DNA of 64,000 bases, taken from assembly GCA_028534125.1 (NCBI GenBank), contig CM052817.1, positions 64,358,001 to 64,422,000 of the forward strand, read 5' to 3'. This document shows positions 1 through 12,830 of the stretch, one piece after another. The notes beneath the pieces were generated by a model that did no database searches, was not told where the DNA came from, and worked only from the letters and a program-made list of their open reading frames with translations. This stretch comes from Lama glama. Lineage: Eukaryota. Position numbers and translations under genes: made by a program. The stretch's first letter is position 1; the number at the start of each line of letters is the position of its first letter.

Positions 1-519
1 CCTCAGTCCTATCTCGGGTCCCTGGAGAGGGGGACTAATCATCGTGGCTGACTGATGAGTTATCAACCATTCCATGGAGCTGATTCCCATAGATAAATGG
101 AGGAGGAACAAGGTTAAAGTCATGGGAAAAAGGCTGAAATGTAAACATGTGGGGATGGTTAATAGAAGTGCTGAAATTGGAAAATGAGGGTCTCAGGTTG
201 TAGTACAGAAGGGAAGGCATCACAATTCCAAACCAAATTAAAAATATTATACTTCAAATACATTATCAGTGACTGATGGTTAAAGGTTTAAAACAAAGGG
301 GGAAAAAATGACACCTAAGTATTCCTGGTGTTTGTGGGGGAAGAAGAATAAAAATGAATAGAAGGAAAAGAAGGCAAATGCCAAAGACCTCCACGGGGAA
401 GAGCAGGGCCGTGCTCCCGCCCCATGAGCCAAAGCCCACATCCCCCGGGTTGGCCAGCTCCAACACCCGGTGAGGAAGAACTGGGGGCCTGCCATGTGTT
501 CTGTTTTCTTTTCTTTCTT

Positions 520-1300
520 TCTTTTTTTAACAGCTTTATTGAGATAAAATTCATATACCATAATAGTCACTGATCTAAAGTATACAATTCAATGATTTTC
601 AGTATATTCATAGAAATGTGCAACCATCACCACAGTCTATTTTATTACTTTATTATTATTATTTTTTGTGGGGGAAGGTAATAAGGTTTACTTACTTATT
701 CTTAGAGGAAGTACTGGGGATTGAACCCAGGACCTCATGCATGCTAAGCATGCACTCTACCACTTGAGCTTTACCTTCTCCACACATCACAGTCAATTTT
801 AGAATATTTTCATCACCCCCAAAAGAAACTTTGTGCCCTTTAACTATGACCCCCCTGCATCCTCCTATTCCTCCCCCAGCACAAGTCTATTTTCTGTCTC
901 TATAGATTTGCCTATTCTATATATTTCATATAAATGGATTATATAATATGTTATTTTGTGTCTGGCTTATTTTATAGCAGTGTTTCCAAGGTTCATCCAT
1001 GCTGTAGCATGTATCTGTACTTCGTTCCTTTTTATGGCCAAGTAATATTCCACTGTATGGATATACCACACTTGTATATCCAAATGTCAATTGATTGGCA
1101 TTTTGGTTGTTTCTACCTTTTGGCTACTATGATTGTTATGAATAAACATTCATGTGTAAGTTTTTGTGTGGACTTATGTTTTTATTTCTCTGGTTATACA
1201 CCTAGGAGCAGAATCACTAGGTCATATGTTAACTTGATGTGTAGCCATTTGAGGAAGTGCCAGGTTGTTTTCCACATATTGACCAGTGGTTGTATGAGGT
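520..1300 (-). mobile_element. Old L1 (L1MB-like) 3' end, interrupted by a SINE
   Basis: Poly-T then 'acagctttattgagataaaattcatataccata...tgtgcaaccatcaccacagtc' and 'gttcatccatgctgtagcatgtatc', typical antisense L1 3'UTR text; resumes after the SINE at 788. Confidence 0.85.
644..787 (-). mobile_element. tRNA-Ala-derived SINE (camelid vic-1 type)
   Basis: Reverse complement of a tRNA-Ala(AGC)-like head (gtactggggattgaacccaggacctcatgcatgctaagcatgcactctaccac), A-rich tail, TSD cacagtc(t/a)atttt at 631-643 and 788-800. Confidence 0.9.
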
Positions 1301-2757
1301 CACTCTACAACCTTGCCTGCCATATATTCTCATTATTTGGCTTTAAATAGCTTATGTGACAAAAGAAGTGAGATGAGAACACAAGATTTACACTTTGGGC
1401 CAAAGAGCCCACTATTACTATGTTCTAAGAAATGCTTATTTTCTTCTACTTTATGGCTCTACTACAACTGTAAGCTGACTTTTTTTCAGCATGTACTATA
1501 ATAATTTGGAAAGTGAAAGGGGAATCCAAACCTGGATTGGAACTGTGTGAAAAATAATTCTTATATTATCACTTCAGTAATAAACAGCCCAAAGTCGGCT
1601 CCCAGCCCACCACCTTGAACTAGTGAACCACTACACATTTTTGGTTCTCTGAGTGCCTTCCTCAAGTCACTGGGGTGAAGCTCCCACAGCACCTCTACCT
1701 CCTCCTACATAACATGCAACAGAGTGTATTTTCATTATGAGATTAATGTCTATTTTGTCCTCTGGTCTGTAAAGCAATGTGGTAAAGTGACCTTGGCTGT
1801 CTTTCCCAAAACCCCCTCAGTGTCCAGCACCTGGGTTGGTATTTGTTGAATAACAAAGGAAGGAGGGCTTTATACTAAAGTGGTTCTGCTTACTAAACGT
1901 TTCTGGGAGTATGTACAAATTAAGCTTTACCGAAGTGTTTGCTTTGTTTAAATACAAAAAGCCCAAGCAGCATCGCAGCTTTTTGACATGCTCCAAAAGC
2001 AGGCTTATTTTACCAGCAAATTGCTCCCTGAGTCAGCTAATGCTAAGGTATGTTCAATACTTGTCTAAAAACTATCCTAATCTTCCCTAACAGAGGCCAG
2101 AGTGTAGATGAAACAGCTCTTCTGACATTTGGGAAGCTCTGATTCTGTCAGTCATTTTCTGTTCTTTATCATGTTTCTTTTTCCAAAGGAAAAAGCTGTT
2201 TTCCTGTGTGTGAGAACATTCTCTCCTATCTAATAATGCTCAATTGTCTTTCTGTTTCATTAGTGTGCAGGCAATCACCTGTCCAATTGAGATCAGAGCT
2301 GTGGATGTTCAAGTGTCTCATTTTATATAGATGTGCAGCCCTCAGATCAGGGATCAAATGCATGCCTTTAATGAAAACAAGTCATTTTTGTCACTATGAC
2401 TGTAGAATTTATATGAATACAGTTATCCGGATCAAATGACTGGCATTTGTACTTCTCAAGCTCCCACCATTTTAACAATGACTTCGTTTTCCAAATAAAA
2501 GGACGGGGGAATCCTCTGCTCCTTCCCTTCCAATCCTGCTCCTTCTACTGTGGTCTCTCTGATGGTGGTTTCAGAACAGTGTCCCATGGGTCATGCTTGA
2601 GAGAGATGTTCTATCTGACCAATAGCATTAAAAATTTTTTTTGGATGAAAGGCCAGTATTTAAAAATGGAAAGATTTCACACAAAATTTTGACTTTTCAA
2701 CTCTGCTTGAAACATCAAACACTAGCAACACTGCATAATGTTCCCAGAAGGCAAATA

Positions 2758-3250
2758 ATGTAGTGCAGCCTCTAAGATGGTCCCCAGTGATCCCACTTCC
2801 TGGTGTGCATGCCCCCGTGAAACCTCTTCCCCTCAAGTGTGGGCTGAACCTAGTGGCTCACTTCTAATGAACAGAACACAGCAACAGTGGTAGGCCAGCT
2901 CTCCTGAGATTAGGTGACAGAAAACTAACTTCCATCTTGTTTTTTCTCTTTCTTCTTTGCTTGCTCTGTAGGGAGGCTGTTGTGAGCGGCCCTAAGGAGA
3001 TACCCACGTGGCAAGGAACTGATGCCTGCAGCCAACAGCCACATCATCAGTTTGGAAGTGTGTCCTCCCCCAGACACAGCTGACACATTAACTATTGTCT
3101 CATGAGAGAACCTGGGCCAGAGGACCCAGCAAAACCATGCCTGGATTCCTGGCCCATAATGTGTATGTATATAGACTGAGAAAATATATGTATATTGCTG
3201 TCTTCAGTTGGTAAGTTTTGGGGTAATTTGTTATGCAGAAACAGAGAACT
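2758..3250 (+). mobile_element. MaLR solo LTR (MLT1F-like)
   Basis: Starts 'gcagcctctaagatggtccccagtgatcccacttcctgg', ends 'gttttggggtaatttgttatgcag', matching MLT1E/F-type termini. Confidence 0.8.
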
Positions 3251-3399
3251 CATTCAGTAAGCATGGCTATGCTCTTCAGAAGGTGTACATTGTCTCTGGT
3301 TTGTGCCTGTCCAGCCCTCCCCAGGGTCACGAAGACCCTGCCCTGCACTGTGGAATAAGCCTCCAGGCACTGAGCCACCCCACGAGGACCTGGAGTCGG

Positions 3400-4070
3400 C
3401 CCTCAGTCTTCCAGTCACCAGGTAGGATCTCCCTCTGGTTTCATTCCCTCTTCTTCACTCCATCTTCCCTTACTTTGTTCAGCCCCTCACGATGTCTTGC
3501 TTAGACAGTGGCAACAGTCTCCTAATGCTTCTCTCTGCTTCCTGTCTCACCATCAATTCATCTCTCCTCACTGCTGCCAGCGTGCTCATTCTAAACTCTC
3601 TCCAGGATGAAATCCAAACATCGTGGCTTGGCTTCCAAGGCCCTGGAAAACCAAGCCTGCCTCACACTCCAGCTGCATCTGTCCCACACCCTTCCTCGCT
3701 CCAGTCCCCTGAAAATCCTCACTGGTCCTTAAACGTGCCACACTGAGTCACACCTCTGCGCCTTTGCCCCCACTGATCCCTAGGCCTGAGATGGAGCGTC
3801 CTCCTCTGCCTTCCCTACTTGGCGACCACCACCTCCTCCATCACCACTACCTCCTCTCTGACACCATCATTAAATCACACCACAGGGAATTCACTGCTTC
3901 TTCCCTGGTGCCCCTACAGCCCTCAGTTCATGCACCTGCCTCCTCACCTGTCATTCTTCTCTTATTGGGTAGTAAGCTCCTGGAGGGAGGGAGGGTGAGG
4001 CAGCCATCCCTGTATCTCCAATGTCCAACACGGTGTCCGGCACAAAGAAGGTCCTCAATTCACAACATTG
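3400..4070 (+). mobile_element. L2 LINE 3' fragment
   Basis: Pyrimidine-rich L2-like text ending 'gtaagctcctggagggaggg...tgtatctcca...ggcacaaagaaggtcctcaat'. Confidence 0.6.
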
Positions 4071-4336
4071 TTTCTACAAAACAACAATAACCAAAATGAG
4101 TCTATTGTTTTCTCTTAGTGGCACCCCTTTGACAGCCCTGCTATCAGGCACCACCCAACCCTCCCTCTTCTCCTCAGCCTTCAGGTCTCAGCTCCAGTGG
4201 CACCCCCTCAGAGACCACTCTGACTTCCCTTTCAGTAAGACTCAACAGCATGATAATCACTTACGTGGCATTTGTGCATTCCGGACACTGTGGTTTTGTT
4301 TTTGGTTTGTTTTTGCAGGGGGGAGGGTGTACCTGT

Positions 4337-4445
4337 CTTTTATTTTTTATTTTTATATTTTAATTCTTATTTTTCATTGACGTGTAGTCAATTTACAATG
4401 TTAGTTTCAGGTGTACAGCAAAGCAATTCAGTTATACACATCCAT
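4337..4445 (-). mobile_element. Short L1 3'-terminal stub (artiodactyl-type)
   Basis: T-rich tail then 'attgacgtgtagtcaatttacaatgttagtttcaggtgtacagcaaagcaattcagttatac', the reverse complement of the L1 ends seen at ~22170-22235 and ~62905-62965. Confidence 0.8.
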
Positions 4446-6189
4446 CCATCCAGGCACTGTTTTAAGTGATTTGCATATATATTAGCCCACAATTCAGTCA
4501 GGGTTATAGGAGTAGTTTGTAACCTCCTCTTGAAATAGAAGACAGTCAAGCTCCACCTCTGAGCACAAAGGCCCGGGGCCTGCTCTGACACTGGACATTA
4601 AGTGAGATCCAAGAATGACCCTCAGAGCAACTGCTCATAGTAAAAGAGTTGACATCTAGGAAGCCCGCCTATAGAGTTCCAGAAACTCCCCGCCATGAGC
4701 TCAAATTCTCACAATTCTTCAAGGAAATTGTCCTGAAAGAATCTGCGATCACGAGGGCATGCTTTCTGAGAGCAGCGTTGCATCCCCGGCACCTGGGACA
4801 GCCCAGAACATCCAGGGTGCATGTTGGATAAACATTTGCCCGGTGAACTTTATGGATGAGGACACTGAGGCTCAGCTGAGTCTGGTGACATCCCCGTCAC
4901 CAAACAGCTGGCAAGTTGTGCAGTCGGGATTTCAACATAAGGCTGTCTGGAGCTAAGTCATTCTCTCCCCACTACGCCACACTGAACTTCCTGTCCCCAG
5001 GAATTTCCCATCCCCAAGAAACTTCTCAGTCTTCTCTGGATCTTGAGGGTTCAAAGGTGAGAGCCACCATACCCAGGGGCCACAATATGGCTCTTAGAAG
5101 TTGTACTTCTGTGGCTGGGGCTGGCTGTGCCTGTCAGAGAACCTCAGAAGTTCTTCTGTCTTAAAGCTGATTGGTGCCACAGATCTGTGGAAACCATTCT
5201 GGGAGGGGCTGGGGACTCCCCTCCCTCTTTGTCCCTCTGGCCTGTCTTTTCCCTTCATTGTTGCTGCTTGCCAAAAAAAAAGTCAGAAAGTCTCTTTTTG
5301 CATTCTCTCTTTTCCCTGAACATGCATGTCAGCAGGTTTCTCCTTTTCCTGAACGTTCATGAGCCACTGATGTCCCCTGTTAAATGCAGTGCTCTCAGGG
5401 CTGACTTTCAGGCTGGATTAAAAGATAAACAATCCTGTACAAGCGTTAACGTGAGGTCGTGCGCTGCATTTTTAATGGCCCAGGGAGCTGCTGAAGTATG
5501 AAACGACATGTCTTTTACAAACGACTGACCTCATTTCACTCCATAAAAATGCTAGGCTCATTATTTATATGGAGAATCTATCTCTTCATTATAAATCTTG
5601 GAAAGAAATTTCCATTTTCACCCTTTAATGTTACATGTTTTTGAGATTCTATTTCTGTTACTTGCCAAAAAAAAAAAAATTAGAAACCAGAGAAAGTGTT
5701 CTGGACACCTTGGAAAAAAGATGAACTATTCTAACCAGTGACGGAACCGGTGCTATCAGATATGAGTTGATCATCCTCCTAGCTTAGTATATCCTTTCTT
5801 GTTTGGGGGGCGTGTGTGTGAGCGTGCATCTGTCTGTCTGTCTGTGTCTGTCTTCCCGTAAGGCTAGTAACAGGTACAAAAGCCCTGCTAACATCTGAGC
5901 TGGTTAGCCACAGCTCTCAATTTACAAATTTAAAAACTGGCAGCCACTACGTTCAGAAAATTTGTGCTTCCATAAGAAACTGATCATGCTGGCCTTGCAT
6001 GCTAGCAGATGGGGCAATTGGTCAGTGCATGGCACAATTTGAGGTTCATACTGAAGACAACTACCTATGTTTTAATGCTGTTAGGGTCAGATTGCTACCC
6101 GAGCCCACATGCCAGTAATCTTAGAGTTAAGAAGAAGGGTACAATCGAATGTAGAGCAGCTCAGACTGAAGAGACAGTATCCAGAAATG

Positions 6190-6352
6190 GAAATGGAATT
6201 TAGACTCTCAGCTCTGCAATTACTCGCTGTGTGTCCTTTGCCAAATCACTCACCCTCTCTGAACTTCATTTGCCCCATCTCTAAAATAAGTTTAATGATA
6301 CTCCCACAGGGTTCTGGCAAGGGTAAAATGAGAGAATGTTCATGAAAGCACT
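6190..6352 (+). mobile_element. MIR SINE
   Basis: Core 'tcactcaccctctctgaacttcatttgccccatctctaaaataag...gtaaaatgagagaatgttcatgaaagcac'. Confidence 0.7.
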
Positions 6353-6507
6353 GAGGCCTCCCACCTAGTCCCTTAACCCGGGGCTGCAAGCACAGCTAAG
6401 CGCTCCTGCATCTTCAACTGGTGATGGCGCAGTGCCCACAAAACTCTGTCCCACACTTAGCTTTCCTTGTCTTCCTCTCAGCCTAGGGCATTTTAGGGTT
6501 TGTAGTT

Positions 6508-6570
6508 TCCTCTCATTCTCAATTCTTATTCTCATTCTCAATATTCTCAATTCTCATTCTCAATATTCTT
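6508..6570. repeat. Degenerate (ATTCTC)n tandem repeat
   Basis: ctcattctcaattcttattctcattctcaatattctcaattctcattctcaatattctt read directly. Confidence 0.85.
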
Positions 6571-7012
6571 AAGTGGTCAGATGATGGTAGAAAATGAATA
6601 GACACCACTGAAGAGTGGAAGCATGCGGAGGGAGAGTGAAATGCCACGCACGCTGTCTTTGCCAATCACCACGCTTTGCCCACTTTGGTATCCTAAGGTG
6701 GCCCCCAACCTGCTGTGTGGTTTGGGGAGCCTTGAATCTTTACCTCTCAGCACCCTGTAATGAGCTTCTCAACAGAGAGCCACGGCCTCAGCCCCCATCC
6801 CAAGCTAGAGTACGTGGAATCATAGGAGCGTAGAAATGGAATGGCATGGAGGTTAAATGCTCTGGAGCCAGACTGCCCATGTGCGAACCCCACCCTGCAC
6901 TTGTCAGCCATGGGACTGCGGGCCTTGCCAAATGTCCTGATGTCTCAGCTGTCTCATATATGAAACAGGAATATGATTAATACTTCTTTGTTAAGCAATT
7001 AGTGTTAATATT

Positions 7013-7373
7013 TGTTATGGGCTAGATGTTTGTGTGCCTCCAAAGTTCAAATACTGATATCCTAACCCAGAGTGCAGTGGTATTAGGAGATGGGATGTTA
7101 GGGAGCTGACTGGGTCATGAGGGTGGAGCCCTCATAAGTGGGATTAGTGCCCTAATAAAAGAGATCCAGAGAGCTCTCTCACCCCCTCCACCGTACAAAA
7201 ACACAGAGAGAAGACAGCTGTCTCTGAATCAGGAAACAAGTCCTCACCAGACACCAAACTTGCCAGCACCTTAGTCCTGGGCTTCCCAGCCTCCAGAACT
7301 GTAAGAAATGCATGTCATTTAAGTCACCCAGTCTATAGCATTTTTGTTAGTGCAGCCCCAGTGGACTAAGATA
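7013..7373 (+). mobile_element. MaLR solo LTR (MLT1A-like)
   Basis: 'tgttatgggctagatgtttgtgtgcctcc...gggtcatgagggtggagccctc...gggattagtgccct...ccagcctccagaactgtaagaaat...gactaagata'. Confidence 0.85.
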
Positions 7374-8477
7374 ATATTAATATCAGCTTTAGTGTTATTT
7401 TAGCTTTTTGGTCTTGGGAAATGAACTTGTTTAGATCAGATTCTACTGGTTACAAAGAACACAAACCCCTCGAAAAGAGTCAAGTAAAAAGGATAATGAG
7501 GAGATATGGTAGAATCTCAGGGAAATGTCGTACAGGAAGTGTAGCCAAACTGTGTAAGAACTGGAAACCCATCTGTCTTTCTGTCTCTCCCCCTACATGT
7601 CCACACACACATGCAAACACACAGAGTTTTTTCATCATCGTTTCTCTCTTTGCTTTTGCCCATTCTCCACTTGGCAGTTCAAGGTCCTCTCTTTCTCAAG
7701 GCTTCTGCCCCTCCGTATGACTTCAGTTTGTATGTGGCCTCAGCTGACTGTAGGCCAGCTCCCATCCTGACACTACTGGGCCTCAGATGTCTAATTTCCG
7801 TGGCCCTGTCACTATAGGCACTGCATTTCCCAGTCAAATTCTAGAGAGAAAATGACTGGATTTGGGGTAGGTTACGGACTGGTGTTTTGAGGGTCAGCTA
7901 CAGCAACCTTGGTCCAATAGGCTGCAATTGGCAAAGGTGGGTCCCATAATACTAGAATCACCCTGTCCAAGAAATGTAAGTAGGGCCCCTTAAGCTAGAA
8001 GGAGGAGTTCTACCAGAAATAAAAATTTCAGAACATAAATTTTACATAAACTATGACAGCTGTTAAATTTTGATTTTCATAGAAATATTTTTTCATAATA
8101 TATTAGTCATGTTCCAATGTTTTAGAAAAGTTTTTTTCTGATAAAAGAAATATATAAATATTTTTTAAAAAGAAATGTATACATAGTTTATAATTCTTAG
8201 AAAATACACAAAAAGAATATTTAAAATAAAAATCAGCCTCAATCTTCATATTTAGAAATTAACCTGGTTAACACTTTTATATATTTTGTCTTTTTTTTCC
8301 CCCTTGTGGAATAGTTGTGGTGACATTATAATCATTCTTTTGCAACATGAGTTTTCTTGGTTTGAGTTCTCCAGGAACAAATTCTAAAATAAAGATGCAA
8401 GAGCACGTACTTTATTTTGAAGGCAAACCCAGGAAATACCAGATGGAAAATGGGGAAGAGATACAGAGGAAGGGAAT

Positions 8478-9483
8478 GTTCTAGTCACTATTGCTAAGTA
8501 ACAAGCTGCTCCTTAGCGGTACAAAACAACGGAACCATTCGATTTTGCATACAACTTTGTGCGTCAGGAATTTAGGAAGGGCTCAGTGGAGAGATACCCC
8601 CTGGGGCTGCAGGCCTTTGCAGGCTCTCTCTGCTGGGCTAGATGTTCCAGATGGTCTGCTCACACAGCCTGGGCCTGACGGTGGACCCTGGGCTCAGTTA
8701 GGGTGGTCCACCCGAGCATCTGCTCTCTAGAGCAGCCTCAGGGGAGTCAGACTTCCTACCTGGTGATCGGTTTCCCCAAGAGTGAATGCCCGAGAAAACC
8801 AGATGGAGGCTGATGGCCTTTTGGGGTCTAGCCTTGGAAATGATAGTGTCCATTCTGCCACACCCTTTTAGTCAAAGCTGTCACAAGCCCACAAGGGAAG
8901 GGGACATAGACTCCACAACTTAATGGGAAAAACGCCAAAGAATTCAGGGCCTTAAAAAAAAAAANNNNNNNNNNNNNNNNNNNNNNNNNNNNNNNNNNNN
9001 NNNNNNNNNNNNNNNNNNNNNNNNNNNNNNNNNNNNNNNNNNNNNNNNNNNNNNNNNNNNNNNNNNNNNNNNNNNNNNNNNNNNNNNNNNNNNNNNNNNN
9101 NNNNNNNNNNNNNNNNNNNNNNNNNNNNNNNNNNNNNNNNNNNNNNNNNNNNNNNNNNNNNNNNNNNNNNNNNNNNNNNNNNNNNNNNNNNNNNNNNNNN
9201 NNNNNNNNNNNNNNNNNNNNNNNNNNNNNNNNNNNNNNNNNNNNNNNNNNNNNNNNNNNNNNNNNNNNNNNNNNNNNNNNNNNNNNNNNNNNNNNNNNNN
9301 NNNNNNNNNNNNNNNNNNNNNNNNNNNNNNNNNNNNNNNNNNNNNNNNNNNNNNNNNNNNNNNNNNNNNNNNNNNNNNNNNNNNNNNNNNNNNNNNNNNN
9401 NNNNNNNNNNNNNNNNNNNNNNNNNNNNNNNNNNNNNNNNNNNNNNNNNNNNNNNNNNNNNNNNAAAAAAAAAAATCACTGCA
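8478..9483 (-). mobile_element. MaLR LTR (MLT1G/H-like) spanning the assembly gap
   Basis: 'gtcaggaatttaggaagggctcag', 'ctagccttggaaatg', 'agggaaggggacatagactccac' are antisense MLT1 motifs; the terminus 'aatcactgca' lies just after the gap. Confidence 0.7.
8965..9464. other. Assembly gap (500 N)
   Basis: Run of exactly 500 N flanked by A11 on each side. Confidence 1.
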
Positions 9484-10054
9484 GGAAGGAAGAAGCCAAT
9501 AAGTGATATATAATAAATCCAAATGGCACTGTATTGCAACGGGAGCTGAGTTCTGCTGAAGAACTCTTGGAAACAGTGTAGAAAACATCTCACAGTTGTC
9601 CCCTGGGAAGACTGAGGAAGCTGAAGTATTTAACCACCAACTGCCTATCAGTAATTGTTTAGGGCTGGGACGTTTGGGGAGGGAACAATAATTCCCACAG
9701 GAACGTATGGGCATTTCCCCAGCAGTGACTTCTAAGCACACTCCTCGGCCAGGGGAAAGCTTCAGGCAGACAGTTTCATGTGGTCACAGCAGGCAGACTT
9801 GCAGGAACAGAGATCTGAATAGCGATGGATGCCAAGGGCTCCTGAGGAAGGTGCCAGCACCATCTCCTGCAGTGTATCTGAAGCATTTTTCCTTGCCATT
9901 AAATATTCTTTGTGACAACTTTTCATAATTACATGGATATTTTGTTTAATTAACATCTCTGTGCATAAAGCTGAGGACTTGGGGGCAAAAAAAAATCACG
10001 CCAAATACCACTGTGTCCATTAATGCCTGTCCATGCTCTCTAACTTTAGACAAC

Positions 10055-10501
10055 TGTGAAAATTAATGAAGGAAACCACAATTAAAATTGGAGTCGGGAA
10101 GGCCTGTAGAGGAGTTCTCATGCCCTGACACATGTCATCAATTACCCCAAACCGGAAGAGAAGCACCTTGCATCTCCAACAGGAAAGTGTCTCTACTTTA
10201 CTACCTCAGAAGGCAGGAAGATTTCCTTCTTGCCCAGCAACAAGCTGAGCCAATGAAAAACACCACAGCTCGGCCAATGAAAAGCCATCGTTACCCTGAA
10301 CTCTTACTTTCCTCCATTGAATTTTCATGTTTCTTTTGCTAATGACTTCCTTGTCCCACCCTTCTTTCTATAAAAGCCTTCATTTTGTATAACTCCTTGG
10401 AGAATCTCTTTGCTAAATGAGATGCTGCCTGATATGTGTGAATTGTTTAACAAAGCCAATTAGACATTCAAATTTACTCAGCTGAATTTTTTTTTATACC
10501 A
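10055..10501 (+). mobile_element. ERV1-type solo LTR (MER34/39-like end)
   Basis: TG start, two 'gccaatgaaaa' CCAAT boxes, 'ctataaaa' TATA, 'aacaaagccaattagacattcaaattt' polyA/U5-like end. Confidence 0.7.
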
Positions 10502-11181
10502 CCAATCACTCATCTTTCTGATTTTCCTTAGTTACTCCCTCTCTTTACATCAAACCTTCACCTCTCCCCAAGATCCCATTTCAGCCTGTATCCTCTGCTT
10601 CCAGCAGATGTTCCAATCTGTTTCAATGAGAAATAGAAGTCATCAGAGATGATCAACCTTGTTATCCCTTTCTACAGACCCATTTTTCTACATCTAATCC
10701 CTCTCTCATTCCTTTTCTTCCAATCTCAGAAGGTGAGAGGTCCCTCCTTCAGTTCTAGACCAATCCCATCCCCCCTTTATCTAAATGAATGCCCGCCCCA
10801 ACACCACCTGCACTCTCCCTGCCTCCTCCTAGATCTTGTCCCATTAGTTCTCCTCCCACTCCTTTATCATCCAACTCTCCCTCACTCTTTTCTCCTCCCC
10901 ACCTCCCTATAAACATGCCCAAGGCTTTCTTCAGGCTAAAATAACCTGTCCTTACCCATCAGCAACTGTGTTCTCTCTCTCCTCACTATCCATTCATTTC
11001 ACAATCCACTGCCTGTGAGCCACTGCCCCCATCACTGTTCTGAAGCTGTGCTCACTATAGTTATCAATTAACCACCAATTGCCAAGTCTGGAGGGTAAGT
11101 CTTAATTCCTGGCTCTTAGACCCCTGCTGCACGTGAAGTCACTGCGTGTGACGTCATTTCTCTTTCTTAAAGCTCTCTGTT

Positions 11182-11708
11182 TGCAACAGCAGAACATGCG
11201 GGGTCCTCCCTGTGTGCTCCATTTCTTCTTAGTAGGGCATAGGCATCATTCAGCCTCCCTGACCTTCCCTGAGCTCCAAAGGGTAGATTCAAACAGTTAT
11301 TAATCTGGGAAGGGAGGGAATGCAGAGACAAGGGAGGAACAGTCAAGAAACAACAATGCAGCCTTGGGGTAGGGTCCTGGTTCCTCCTCAAGGAAAATAC
11401 ATAACATTATCTCCGAGTTCTTCTGCAGGAACTGAGGCCCCCACCCCGGTGAAGGATGGTAACTTCAGGATGAGCACAAAATTCCTGGAACACCGCCCTG
11501 TTACCTCACCACCAACCAATCAGTAGAATGTCACACACCCTGCTGCCCTCCCCCCAGATTTTGCCTATAAAAACTTTCCCCTCAAAACCAATGGCAAGTT
11601 CAGGTTTTCCAAGTAGGAGCCGCCCATCCTCCTTGCTGGGCCCTGCAATAAACCTTTTTCTTCTCCAAACTCCCACATTCCAGGCACAAGAACTTTTGTT
11701 CGATAACA
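11182..11708 (+). mobile_element. ERV1-type solo LTR with 4-bp TSD
   Basis: TG...CA termini, TGTT at 11178-11181 and 11709-11712, CCAAT ~11516, TATAAAA 11566-11572, AATAAA 11647-11652. Confidence 0.9.
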
Positions 11709-11887
11709 TGTTCTCTCAGCCTTCGTGACTCTCTGCTCTCCAACTAACCATATCTTGTGAACATTTCTTCTCTCTCTCTGTCGGCCACACTTCCTCTGGC
11801 TAGCCCACAGTGCTGCTGTTGCCCGTCTATTGCTTGCTTTTTATCTACACTTCCTCCCTAGATGATCTTCTTTCACGTTCCAAATTC

Positions 11888-12247
11888 CAAGTCTACAGTG
11901 CTTTATCTGAAGTCCTGGGGCTAGGTGGTGGCTTTAGAATGCAGAATTTTTCATATTTTGGAAAGGTTATTTGGAATGCACACTGAAAATTACACGCTGG
12001 TCTCAGTAGAACACCTTTTAATCAAATACAAGAGTATTTCTGTAGCAAAAAACACAGAAATAGTCACACTAAGTAGGGTTTGAAAAGGGGCTAGAAATAG
12101 TTTTCATGTACCTTCTGGTTATGTCTTCGTGTAAAAAATGCTCCGATTACGTCAGGTTTTGCAAGCAGCAAATGAATTTTAAAAAGACTTTTGCTTCTTA
12201 GACTTTTTTTGGATTTAGAAATTGCAAGTAAGGGATTATAGAGCAGT
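11888..12247 (-). mobile_element. Tigger-class MITE (MER46C-like)
   Basis: Degenerate inverted ends 'caagtctacagtgctttatctga' and 'gcaagtaagggattatagagcag'; interior 'cagaatttttcatattttggaaagg' and 'gtcaggttttgcaagcagcaaatga'. Confidence 0.7.
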
Positions 12248-12397
12248 GCCACCATAGTGCTGATATAAATCAAATCTTCATCCAGGTTGTAGCATTATAT
12301 GGAAGTTTGGGCTGTCCAAAGCAGGCTAGGCATCTCTGCCTGCATGTCTTATAGACATATCAAGCTCACCTCATTCAAAACTGAGTATCATCCCCTC

Positions 12398-12830
12398 TGT
12401 CTAAGGTCAGGTCCCCTGAGAGACAAACTCTGAGACAGGTGTCTGTGTGCAGGAGAGTTCCTGGGGAGTGCTGTAGTGGGCAGCACCTGAAGCCAGTGAG
12501 GGAAGCAGGACCAGGCACCAGGAGGAGACAAAGTGTGATGCAGACACAACACAGGCCTCAGCTGGTCTTTGGAGAGCTCTGCACTGCAGCTGGACTGGCC
12601 CTTCAAAGTTTTCCAGGATAGAGAAAAGGAGACCTGGTTTTTGTGTCTCTATGTCAACCAGTGATTGAATACAGGCTTCCCCTGACAAGGGAGCACACCC
12701 TTGAGCAAAGTAGCTCCCTTGGGCCAGAGAGGACTCCACTGTGAGCCCTTAGCGGCTATTACCCTGGAGGCTGGGGAAGTGATGGTGTCCACCTTGAAGA
12801 CTGTGCGCCACCTTGTAGTATCCACTGCAG
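12398..12830 (-). mobile_element. Old ERVL-type LTR (LTR16-like)
   Basis: 'ggtcccctgagagacaaactctgagac...tgtgtgcaggagagttcctggggagtgct...gtgagggaagcaggac'. Confidence 0.6.

Larger units (their letters stand above)
8355..9800 (-). mobile_element. Old ERVL-type LTR (LTR16/33-like) split by an MLT1 insertion and the gap
   Basis: 8355-8477 'gagttctccaggaacaaattct...tttattttgaaggcaaacccaggaaatacc' continues after 9483 as 'ggaaggaagaagccaataag...ctgcctatcagtaattg'. Confidence 0.5.

Noticed and set aside
8944..9741. 265-aa and 213-aa ORFs
   Set aside because: Open only because they read through 500 N.
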